Source of the DNA: an uncultured Pseudomonadota bacterium
Lineage (GTDB): Bacteria; Oederibacteriota; Muellerivitia; Muellerivitales; Muellerivitaceae
DNA length: 64,000 nt
Assembly: GCA_963843375.1 (NCBI GenBank)
Contig: CAWJKT010000001.1
Span: forward strand, 96,001-160,000
Direction: 5' to 3'
This document shows, one piece after another, positions 51,939 through 62,000 of this stretch. The notes under the pieces are model-generated. The model made no database searches. It saw only the letters and a list, made by a program, of their open reading frames with translations, and was not told the DNA's origin. How positions within the stretch are numbered: position 1 is the stretch's first letter; each line of letters begins with the position of its first letter. A program made the position numbers and the translations under genes.

Positions 51939-54309
51939 CTTGCGCCCCTTGGGGACGGGGTCGATTCAGAAATCGGTCATTTCCCCATCCCTGCCATAAC
52001 CAGGCAAAGAGATAAAGCAGAAGGGAAACGGATGAAATCCATTTTCCAATCTCAAAGGCCGCCGGCTCAAACTTTAAAATGAAATGGTGGTTTCCGGCGG
52101 AAAGCGGGATGGCACGGCCAAAATAATCACCCGGCATCACCTCGTAAGTTTGCTGAACACTGTTGGGATAAGCGATGGCTTTCCATCCCCGGCTAAAGTT
52201 ATCGGTAATCATAAGAATTTGCGGTTTATCCGTTTGGACGTGGAATTCCATCCTATCGGTTGTTTGGTCCTCCAGTGAAACCTGCCCCTTACCTGAATTT
52301 TCCTCCGGCAATATGGCTGGAGTTTTTTCTAGGACGACTTCAGCTCCAGGGTCGAAGCCCGAACGAGAAATAGTTTCCATCGCTTCTTTCGGGTCTCCCG
52401 CGAATTTCCATCGCCCGACTAAAAAGGCGCGGGGTAGGCGGGGATAGGGAAGGGAGGTTATATGAAGGCCGTCGCTCTTGGTGTCCAACATGTAGGCAAG
52501 CCGGACCAAGCGAATTTTTGGAAGGGTGAGATTGATCTTTTGGGTATCAGGCGAGGAGGATGGTTCCGGCAGGGGGTTTCCCGTGTAGGTCATGAAATAA
52601 TTGTAACGCTTGGGAAGCAAGGGATCATCGCCCCAAATATCCGGTAACCCCATGGAAAGAGAACGGTCGTCATGTGCGGTCCAATAAATCCGCCCCTCTC
52701 CAAGATGGGGGGATAAGGTTTTTTGAACAGCGGATTCCCTTGATTTCATTCCTTGGGCGTTAAAAGTCGGAAGATTGGCTCCCGCAAAGGCCCACAAATT
52801 CGCCATTCCCAAAATGGCCAGAGCATATTTTCTTGCCTTCCCAACGGAAGTCCAAATCCAGAGCAGCGCGAAAATAAGGGAAAAGACGGAAGCACCGGCC
52901 AAGTTAATGATTCGTGCGGTATCGATCTGGAGGAGGTACTGTGGGTATTGAGGCGAAAAGGGTTCGGAATTATTCCAAGCGACTATAGCGGAAAAACTTC
53001 CCAATCTGGATCCCTGGAAAACCAAAAAGGAAGCGCCTCCGAAAATGAGGGCTAGGCCAAAGGCCGAGTAAGCTGGCCAGTTTTTTTGCCGAGAATCGAA
53101 TAGCCAAGCATGAATCCCTCTCGCCGCGAGAAAGGCGAAAGCCAATTGGAAAAAAATGCCAAACTTGAAACTCCCCCGAAAGGAATCGAAGAAAGGAATC
53201 CATTCGTTCAGGAGAGGGAAAAGGGGAGTGTAAGAACCGAAAGCCAGTAAAAGGGATAAAAGAGCCAGCCCCATCAAAGTCCACTTTTTTCCTTGAGGAC
53301 CTTCTCTTTGAATAAGTCCGTAAATCGCCATTAGGAAAGCGATAATTCCGATAAAAAGGCAGGACTCCCACCAAATCCGCGAATCGGCCCAGCAGAATAA
53401 ACGCGTCCCCTTTCCGCCCAAACCCGATGCCAAAACCGTCAATGAGTTCAATGGATTTAGGGAAAAGAATCGTTGGAACTCCGGGGAAGCGGCGCTTTCC
53501 CGAAGGTTTTCCCCTGTGGCCTCCAAGCCCGAAAGCCATTGGATGGAAGTAATCGCCGATCCCATCAGAAGCATGGCCAGCCCATGAAAAACTTTTTTAA
53601 AACGGTTTTCCGGATTCCGGAAAAGGAGGAGCAGGGCGTAAAGCCCGCTTAGGAACAGGGTATAAGCAAAGTATTGGGCGTGGCCTGATAAGAGTTGAAA
53701 GGAAAAGACTCCCGCGCTGATTAGAACATTTTTTAATTCCGGTTTTTCCAGGAGAGTTTCCACCGAGAGAAAGACCAGTGGGATCCAGGCCATGGTACAA
53801 AGGTTAGGTAAGTGGCCGGGGTAGACGTGTAGGAAATAAGCCCCGCCAAACATGTAGACGAAGGACCCGAACAATGAGGCCAGGAAACCCAAGCGGTTCG
53901 CGGCCAGCCAAAGATAGGTAAAAAAACCCGCCAGAAAAACGTGTAAGACAATGGAAAAGTTCAAGGCGAAAACCAAGGGCAAAAATAGAAAAAGCCAATT
54001 GGGGGGATAAAGGAGAGCGGACTGGAAACCGGCAAAGAAAGGCGCCCCGCAATAGATGAAGGGATTCCAGAGCGCCAAATGACCTTTGCGCAGTTCCGAA
54101 AAACCAAAGTCGCGCCAAGCGTAAAACTGGTTGGCCAAATCGCCGTCGGCTATGGAAACCAGAGTGTTTTCGGAAAAGAGGACCTGGGCGAAAAGAATGA
54201 GGACCGATCCTCCTAAGACTAGGGCCGCCAAGGCTTTCCTTTTTTTGGCGGAGGAGAGGAACCATAAGTGTAGGTTTTCAAAAGGAAGCGAGGAGTTTTC
54301 TTGGTTCAT
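51931..54309 (-). CDS. YfhO-like GT-C membrane protein
   Basis: GDLANQFYAW...GHLALWNPFIYCGAPFFA..QSALLYP.NWL, multi-TM, LPRAFLV and C-terminal DNFSRGWKA...RAIPLSAGNH.FILKFEP. Overlaps the start of the DUF2723 gene. Confidence 0.8.
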   Translation of the reverse strand: MNQENSSLPFENLHLWFLSSAKKRKALAALVLGGSVLILFAQVLFSENTLVSIADGDLANQFYAWRDFGFSELRKGHLALWNPFIYCGAPFFAGFQSALLYPPNWLFLFLPLVFALNFSIVLHVFLAGFFTYLWLAANRLGFLASLFGSFVYMFGGAYFLHVYPGHLPNLCTMAWIPLVFLSVETLLEKPELKNVLISAGVFSFQLLSGHAQYFAYTLFLSGLYALLLLFRNPENRFKKVFHGLAMLLMGSAITSIQWLSGLEATGENLRESAASPEFQRFFSLNPLNSLTVLASGLGGKGTRLFCWADSRIWWESCLFIGIIAFLMAIYGLIQREGPQGKKWTLMGLALLSLLLAFGSYTPLFPLLNEWIPFFDSFRGSFKFGIFFQLAFAFLAARGIHAWLFDSRQKNWPAYSAFGLALIFGGASFLVFQGSRLGSFSAIVAWNNSEPFSPQYPQYLLQIDTARIINLAGASVFSLIFALLWIWTSVGKARKYALAILGMANLWAFAGANLPTFNAQGMKSRESAVQKTLSPHLGEGRIYWTAHDDRSLSMGLPDIWGDDPLLPKRYNYFMTYTGNPLPEPSSSPDTQKINLTLPKIRLVRLAYMLDTKSDGLHITSLPYPRLPRAFLVGRWKFAGDPKEAMETISRSGFDPGAEVVLEKTPAILPEENSGKGQVSLEDQTTDRMEFHVQTDKPQILMITDNFSRGWKAIAYPNSVQQTYEVMPGDYFGRAIPLSAGNHHFILKFEPAAFEIGKWISSVSLLLYLFAWLWQGWGNDRFLNRPRPQGAQGG

Positions 54310-54557
54310 GAAACCGCCGTAAAAAAGGATGGCTTATTATAAGTGTCCTTCTTGGGAAAGGTTTTTAAGAATTGTGAAAAATTAAGATGATGAAAAGTAT
54401 TCGAACCAGACTTTTCCCCGTGGCCCTTTAAAATATTGAATAAGGTTAGGGAGGTTCCGGCATCTTTAACTATTTTTAGGCGTATAATGACGCCGGATTT
54501 CAGTTGAAGGACGGTTTTTCTACAGTGAAATAGGTAGTCAATGAAAGAAATGAAATT

Positions 54558-56474
54558 ATGACTCTTCCCTCCGTCCAAGAAAGTGTTTCTCCAACCAAGG
54601 ACTCCCTTTCATTTTGGGCAGTCGCTTTACTTCCCGCCATTCTGACATTTTTGTTTTACCTGCCGGTTTTAAAAAACAACTTCGTGACCTGGGACGATCC
54701 ACAGATGATCCAGGATAATCCCTATATCCGCAGTTTCAGCCTGGAATCCATTGGTGGGATGTTTAAGAATTTTTACGCGGCAAACTGGATACCCCTTACC
54801 TGGCTTTCACTGGCCCTCGATTTCAAGTTGGGGGGCTTGGATCCCTTCATCTACCATTTAGATAACCTGATTTTGCATTGCTGCAACACGGCGCTTGTTT
54901 TTTTTCTTGGCGTTAGGATTCTGGCAATCCCGGGGAAGGGACTGGAGCGGGAAGGGAGTCCAGCGGGGTGGGTGACACCAGCGGCTTTTTTGACGGCCCT
55001 CTTGTTTGGTCTTCACCCCATTCATGTGGAGTCAGTGGCTTGGGCCACCGAACGAAAGGACATGCTCTTTGGTATTTTCTATCTTTTGAGCCTCCTGTTT
55101 TACTTGGATTACTCGTCGGCCTCCAGCCAGAAGGTTTGGAAGTTAAATGTCTGCCTTTTTCTCTTCGTGATGTCCCTTTTGTCCAAGCCCATGGCCGTCA
55201 CACTTCCCTTCGTCTTGCTTCTTTTTGATGTTTGGCCCTTGAATAGGTTTTCCTCCAGCCCCAAAAAGATTTTGTTGGAAAAACTTCCTTTTTTTATACT
55301 CGCTTTGATATCGGGATGGATGACCATGCTTGCCCATTTCCACGAAGGTCCCGCACCTACCACCCGAGATTTGCCCCTGGATTATCGAGTTATGAATGCG
55401 TTTCATTCGCTTGTTTTTTATTTGGTGAAAATGGTTGTTCCCGTAGATTTGGCGACGCTTTACCCGATCGTTTTATTGAAAACTTTTTCCCTCGAGTATG
55501 TGGCTGCGTTTTTAGCGGTTATTTTAATAAGCGGAATTTGTTTTCGTTACCGCAAGAAACGGCCCTATCTAGCAGCTGCTTCAATATATTATTTGGTCAC
55601 CCTTGCCCCCACATTAGGAATTGAATACGCAGGAGGCTATGCGGCGGCGGACCGGTTTACTTATCTTCCAAGTTTGGGTCCCTTTTTGCTTTTGGCCTCG
55701 GTTTTGGCTTTTGGCCTTTCAAGCCGCCGTTTCCTTTTTAACTTTTTGGTCGCGGGGTTAACGGTTCTCCTGGGGTTGGGGACCATTCAGCAAATAGGAA
55801 TTTGGAAGAATTCGATCAGCCTTTGGGAGAACGTGGTTAAAGTTGCTTCACCATACGTTCCCGACATCATTTACGAACATTTGGGGGACGCTTATATGTC
55901 CGCAAGTCAATGGGATGACGCCTTAGGGGCCTTCAATTCTGCTCTGGCCAACGCCCCTGAAAATGCAGGTTTGCATGAAAAAAAAGGAATCACTCTTATC
56001 AACAAGGGTTTACTTCCCGAATCCGCCAGCGAGTTTAAACTGGAATCCGCACTTGATCCCCAAAATGCCATGGCCCACCGGTATCTTTATTTCGCCAACC
56101 AAAAAATGGGTCATTACCCGGAAGCCTTGGCGGAGGCCCAGGAAGCGGTTCGATTAAACCCAAAGCTTCCAGGCGTCTATAACAGCCTGGGGGCTGCTTA
56201 TTCTTCGATGGCTCAATATGAAAAAGCAGCTGAGGCTTTTGAATCGGCGCATTTAATAGATCCCACGGACACCGGATGTTTAATGAATTTGGCCTCGATT
56301 TATGCCGCTACTGGAAAAATCGCCGAAACGATTAAAATTCTCAATGAGGCTGCCGCTTTACAGCCCCAGAATCCAGATATCTACCAAAGACTGGGTCAGG
56401 CCTATGAAAAAGCGGGGGATCAAAAATCGGCGACGGAGGCTTTCGCCACCGGCAATAGTTTGGCGGGGAAATAG
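54558..56474 (+). CDS. TMTC-like GT-C glycosyltransferase with TPR repeats (copy 1)
   Basis: NNFVTWDD...I.DNP.IR, W.PLTWLS, HPIHVESVAWATERKD, LLSKPMA, ADRFTYLPS and WKNSISLW, followed by TPRs. Confidence 0.88.
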   Translation: MTLPSVQESVSPTKDSLSFWAVALLPAILTFLFYLPVLKNNFVTWDDPQMIQDNPYIRSFSLESIGGMFKNFYAANWIPLTWLSLALDFKLGGLDPFIYHLDNLILHCCNTALVFFLGVRILAIPGKGLEREGSPAGWVTPAAFLTALLFGLHPIHVESVAWATERKDMLFGIFYLLSLLFYLDYSSASSQKVWKLNVCLFLFVMSLLSKPMAVTLPFVLLLFDVWPLNRFSSSPKKILLEKLPFFILALISGWMTMLAHFHEGPAPTTRDLPLDYRVMNAFHSLVFYLVKMVVPVDLATLYPIVLLKTFSLEYVAAFLAVILISGICFRYRKKRPYLAAASIYYLVTLAPTLGIEYAGGYAAADRFTYLPSLGPFLLLASVLAFGLSSRRFLFNFLVAGLTVLLGLGTIQQIGIWKNSISLWENVVKVASPYVPDIIYEHLGDAYMSASQWDDALGAFNSALANAPENAGLHEKKGITLINKGLLPESASEFKLESALDPQNAMAHRYLYFANQKMGHYPEALAEAQEAVRLNPKLPGVYNSLGAAYSSMAQYEKAAEAFESAHLIDPTDTGCLMNLASIYAATGKIAETIKILNEAAALQPQNPDIYQRLGQAYEKAGDQKSATEAFATGNSLAGK

Positions 56475-56499
56475 AAATTAATTGAAAGGATAAAGGGGT

Positions 56500-58653
56500 T
56501 TGTCCAAGGACAATAAAATAAATTATATCCTGAGAAAAAGACACCTTTCGCTTCGTGAATTGTCGGCCCAAACGGGGCTCGCTGAAACGAAAGTCGCCCA
56601 AATTCTCGAAATGGAGAATCCGGAAAAGGCTTCAACGATCGCCTTGCCCGGTTTTCTGCAAGGTAGGAAAGGCACCTTATGGGCTTGCGCGATATTTTTG
56701 GCGCTGATCGTGGTCGCTTTTTACCTTCCGGTTCTGAAAAATGATTTCGTCAATTGGGACGACAAGGACAATATTACGGATAACCTTCGAATCAGGAGGC
56801 TCGACTGGGATTCGCTAGGTTGGATGTTTACGACCTTCGCCACCGGGAATTGGATGCCTCTTACCTGGCTGTCTTTCGCCCTTAATTACGGAGTAAACGG
56901 ATTAGACCCCCGGGTGTTCCACGCCACTAATGTCTTATTACACGCATTAAATACCGTATTGGTTTTCTTTATTTGCTTTCGCTTGATGAAACATCTTCCC
57001 GAAAAAGCCGGGTCCGCATCCACCCTCAAAATCAAGGGCTTTGGAGTGCCCATCGCTTTCATGACGGCCATTCTGTTCGGACTCCATCCCATCCATGTGG
57101 AATCGGTGGCTTGGGCCACGGAACGCAAAGACGTGCTTTATGCCTTATTCTACCTCTCGGCCCTGTGGCTATATTTGGACGACTCTTCCTCCCTCGAGAA
57201 AAAGGGCTTCAAACACTGGGCCTGCTTGGGGTTTTTTCTGCTGGCCCTGATGTCCAAACCCATGGCCATTACGCTTCCGTTTATTTTCCTGATTCTCGAT
57301 GGCTGGCCCTTGGGTCGATGGAGTTTGGGTTTCCAAAAATTGTTGAAAGAGAAGGCGGTTTTTTTCGCTGTTGCTGGGGGAGCAGTCCTCGTCACAATGG
57401 CTTCGCATGAAAAAACCCTTTCCTATGCCAAAAGCGGAGTCGAGTTTTATTGGGTGATGAATTCATTCCGGTCGCTTGTATTTTATCTTACGAAAATGGT
57501 CTGGCCCGAGGGGTTGACCACTTATTATCCTTTCCCACCCAGTTTGAGCGGTTTCTATTTGTTCGAAAATTTTTGTGCGGCGGCGGCGGTGATCCTGGTT
57601 TCAGTCCTTTTTTTTCGTTACCGCCAAAAGGCACCCTATCTTTTGACGGCCTGGCTTTATTATGTCGTCATCCTTTTACCGGTCGTAGGACTCATCCAGA
57701 CAGGAAGCCAAGCCGCTGCCGACCGCTATACATATTTGGCCAGCCTGGGCTTGTTCCTACCTCTTTCGGCAGGGTTGGCTTTATTGGTTTCTTACCGTTG
57801 GATTCTTTACGCGGGATTCATATTCCTGGCCACTGTTTTGATGGGCTTGGCAACGATGGACCAGATCGGAACATGGAGAAATTCCCAGACCTTATGGGAA
57901 AGGGTGACTCAAATTTATCCCGCCGAAAACCCAATGGCTTATTCCAAGTTGGGGGAAATTTATCTCAAGGCCCACCGGTATGACGACGCGCTGGATGTCT
58001 ATAGCCGGGCGGCGGCCATTCCTCCGGCGCTGGCACCGACCTTCAACGGATTGGGAAGGGCCTTTTTGTACAAAGATAGAGTTCCGGAGGCGGTTCAGGA
58101 ATTTGAATATGCGCTTAAGCTGGATCCTCAATTCACCTTGCCTCGTCTCAATCTTTGGACGGTTTACGAACGACAAGGTCGGCACGAAGAAGCTATCGGG
58201 CAAATGCAATTAGCCCTTAAAATCGAACCCAATTCACCTTTGTTCTACAACGATCTCGGAGTAAGTTACGGCTTTTTGAAAAGGAATGAGGAGGCGCGAA
58301 TGGCGTTTGAAAAAGCCCACCGCCTGGATCCGGATAATTCCGAATACCTGGTCAACCTCGCCACCATTTACGTGTGGCAGGGAAAACCCGAAAAGGCCTT
58401 GGAGTGGTACCGCGGAGGAATCCACCTGCACCCCCGGGAGCCGGTTTATTACTTGAAGATGGCGGATATTTACCTATCCCAGGGGTTGAAGGCAAAGGCT
58501 TTGGAGAAGCTCCGCACGGCTTGGGTCTTGGATCCCGCTAGTCCTAAATTAATCCAGGAATTGGGGGAGGACTTTGAGAAGGCCGGGCAAACCGGTTTGG
58601 CCAAACAATGCATTGCCAAGGCCCAGTCCATGGTGGTTAGGATAAAACCATAA
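56500..58653 (+). CDS. TMTC-like GT-C glycosyltransferase with TPR repeats and N-terminal HTH-like extension (copy 2)
   Basis: NDFVNWDD, HPIHVESVAWATERKD, SKPMA, ADRYTYL and WRNSQTLW, followed by TPRs. Confidence 0.88.
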   Translation: MSKDNKINYILRKRHLSLRELSAQTGLAETKVAQILEMENPEKASTIALPGFLQGRKGTLWACAIFLALIVVAFYLPVLKNDFVNWDDKDNITDNLRIRRLDWDSLGWMFTTFATGNWMPLTWLSFALNYGVNGLDPRVFHATNVLLHALNTVLVFFICFRLMKHLPEKAGSASTLKIKGFGVPIAFMTAILFGLHPIHVESVAWATERKDVLYALFYLSALWLYLDDSSSLEKKGFKHWACLGFFLLALMSKPMAITLPFIFLILDGWPLGRWSLGFQKLLKEKAVFFAVAGGAVLVTMASHEKTLSYAKSGVEFYWVMNSFRSLVFYLTKMVWPEGLTTYYPFPPSLSGFYLFENFCAAAAVILVSVLFFRYRQKAPYLLTAWLYYVVILLPVVGLIQTGSQAAADRYTYLASLGLFLPLSAGLALLVSYRWILYAGFIFLATVLMGLATMDQIGTWRNSQTLWERVTQIYPAENPMAYSKLGEIYLKAHRYDDALDVYSRAAAIPPALAPTFNGLGRAFLYKDRVPEAVQEFEYALKLDPQFTLPRLNLWTVYERQGRHEEAIGQMQLALKIEPNSPLFYNDLGVSYGFLKRNEEARMAFEKAHRLDPDNSEYLVNLATIYVWQGKPEKALEWYRGGIHLHPREPVYYLKMADIYLSQGLKAKALEKLRTAWVLDPASPKLIQELGEDFEKAGQTGLAKQCIAKAQSMVVRIKP

Positions 58654-58921
58654 AAATTTTTTATGGTTTCTGGTGTAGGCCTTGGCTTCAATCTAAGATT
58701 TTCATTTCATTCAAAAATCCTGGTTTAACGGGAAATTCAGGGTAATAAATATGGGGAAATTAGCCATGTATTTTTTGGACAAGAACTGATTAATATTGTA
58801 AAAGTGTGAGATACTTCTTAAGTAATAGCCATTTTAACCGTTAATATCGTTATAAGGTAATCGATCAATACTCTTACGACATCAAAATTCAGATTAAATG
58901 TGAATGTTATAGTAATGACAA

Positions 58922-58937
58922 ATGGAACCGGTTTCAT
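58922..58937. promoter_or_regulatory. LacI-family operator-like palindrome
   Basis: ATGGAACCGGTTTCAT has one mismatch from a perfect palindrome and fits TGnAAnCGnTTnCA. It lies about 120 bp upstream of the giant gene. Confidence 0.6.
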
Positions 58938-59055
58938 CTCTTAGTTCTTCAGAGGAACTTATTTTGAAATGAGGTTTACCAAAATTTATGATCTGATCCC
59001 GATCATTGAAGGTTTGGTTAGCCTAATTTATTGTTAAGTGAGTGAAAGACAAGAA

Positions 59056-62000
59056 ATGTTCATCAAGACATTAAATACTATTTTAAATCGTTTTAGGGTT
59101 TTTGGATTTGGGGTTTTATGTTGTCTAGCCCTATCCGCCAATCAAGTCCAAGCCCAATGCACTCCCACCTCTGCAACGCTTTGCGCATCCGGTGACGACA
59201 ATACGACAATCTGGGTTCAAGGTGTCTCTATCGGTTATTTCCCTTATGCGGGCGCCCCCGGCACCGGAGACGCAGGAAATGTAACTTGCATCACAGTGTC
59301 GACTGCTTTGTTGACGGGATCGCAAGTCTGTTTGGCCGTTGAAACCCAAAACACGGCCCCTGACGATAACTTTTCCTCCTGGGATTTGGATATCACATGT
59401 TCCGGAGGAGACCATTCGGAAATCACGAGTTCGGGGAGCGGGATTGAAGAAGAATATGTCCCCACGGGTAATCCCTCCACCCCCCCAGGTAATGATAGCA
59501 GCGGCAACACATGGTACAGCACCGGCTACGACGAAGGCGCCGAAGGCTTCTCCTCCTCCTATTGCTCCAGCGGCGTAACGGCTTCCACTTGGGCCAATCA
59601 GATTTATAACCCGGTTACTGGACAACCCCTTCCTTTTATCGCCAATAATTGCTCCGGGGATTACTCCAGCGGAAATTCGGCGGGCGCGCTTTTTTTTCGT
59701 CAATGTACGACTATTCCAGCTCCCACGACCCTTATTGGTCCTCCAAATTTTACCATTAACAAATCTCAAGGTACCGCCACTGTCAGCGGCACCAATTTAT
59801 TCCTGACTTACACCATCACGGTCTGCAATACCGGAGGTCCGGTCACGAACGGATCCGTCACTATCGTGGATAATTTGACCACTGTGGGCACAGGTAATGG
59901 CGCCAGTTCATTTTCGTTTGTCGCTTGGGGTTACGGGAGTTCCGGTTGTCCTTTTACGATACCTTATTACAACTCATGCGGCCTCGGAAGCGCGCCTACC
60001 GACAACGGTCAAACGATGATTTTTGGAGAATTCGGCAACGGGTGCGCCACGATGTCGGTGGCGGTTGAGGATTATTATTGGCCTCCCGGTTGCATAACGG
60101 TAACCAATAACGCGTCTTTGTCTTATCCAAGTGGAAACCTGACCTCAAATACCGTCTCCTTTATTGTTACTTGTATTCCCACTCCAACAAATACCCCAAC
60201 TTTTACCAATACTCCCACACCCAGTCCGACTCATACCTATACTTTTACACCGACCTATACCCCCACGGTTCAGACCCCTACTCCCACATTTACCAATACC
60301 CACACGAACACCTTCACTAATACTCCCACCAACACATATACCTTTACGGCCACCCCGACCCCCACTTTTACCAATACTTTCACGGACACCAATACTCCCA
60401 CGAACACCTATACTCGTACTTCAACCCCTACCAACACCAATACGTTTACGAATACACCTAGTCCCACCCCTACTAACAGCCCTACTCCAACTCATTCGAA
60501 TACCCCTACTAATACAGCTACTAATACGGCAACCAATACGGTTGTAAATACGCCCACGAACACACCCACGAAAACCAACACGAATACAGCGACCAACACG
60601 GCTACCCCTACGCCAACCAATACTCTCACCAACACACCTACCAACACCCCCACACCCACGCACACCAACACTCCCACGAATACCATGACACCTACACCCA
60701 CCAACACCATAGTGAACACTCCCACGAATACTCCAACCAATACCCCGACTCTTACAAAAACGAATACGCCGACTAATACCGTGACCAACACCCTTACCAA
60801 CACCGATACCTCCACGGCAACCAATACCCTCACTTACACACCCACCAACACTCCCACTCCCACGCATACCAACACTCCCACGAATACCCCCACCTATACT
60901 CCCACGAATACGCCCACCAATACCGACACGCCCACCATTACCATGACTCCGACAAATACTAACGTTATCACCCCAACGGTTACGAACACCCCTACAAAGA
61001 CGGATACACCCACCCCGACCAACACCCCAACGAATTCTCCAACGAATACCCCGACCATTACCCCCACGAATACGCCTACCAAATCTCCGACTCCGACTAA
61101 CACCTTTACCCAGACCAATACGCCGACCAATACCTTTACTTTGATCCCAACCGCAACCCCTACGAACACTCCACAGCCGACGGCCACGACCGGGGCTACC
61201 GTTGTGCCGGTGCCAACTCTTACGCCTACCTCAACCATCACTCCGCTTCCCACCAACACCGCCACTTCTACGCATATGTCCACTGCGACTTCCACGCCCA
61301 CTTTGACCGCGACTAATTCGAACACCCCCACCAATTCCACGACGAGCACCCCTACCATCACCCAAACCAATACGCTTACCAAAACCGATACCAACACACC
61401 CACGAATTCACCGACTAATAGCTCCACCAACACCGCCACAGCCACCATTACGATGACTCCGACGAATACCAATGTCATCACCCCGACCTACAGCAACACC
61501 CCCACGATTACCGACAGCTATACCTCGACTAGCACCCCGACGAATACACCGACCAATACGCCCACGCCTACCCTGACGAATTCGGCGACGAATACCTTTA
61601 CCAGTACCGCCACTTCCACAGCCACCAGCACGCCCACGAACACCTTGGCCAACACCGCTACGAATACCCCCACTGAGACCGTGACCAACACGCTTCAAAA
61701 CACCGCGACCAATACGGCGACGAATACTTTGACCGGTACGCCGACGAACACCGCCACCGCTACCACGACCAACACGATTCAAAACACGGCTACCAGTACC
61801 GCTACGAATACTTTGGCCAACACCGCTACTAATACTCCAACCACAACCGCGACCGGCACGCCGACTAATACCCACACTTCCACCGCCACCTTTACCCTGA
61901 CCAATACGACCACCAATACCGAGACATTCACCAATACTGAAACGCCAACCTATACCCACACCGCGACCGCGACATATACCGCCACCAACACGCCCACACC

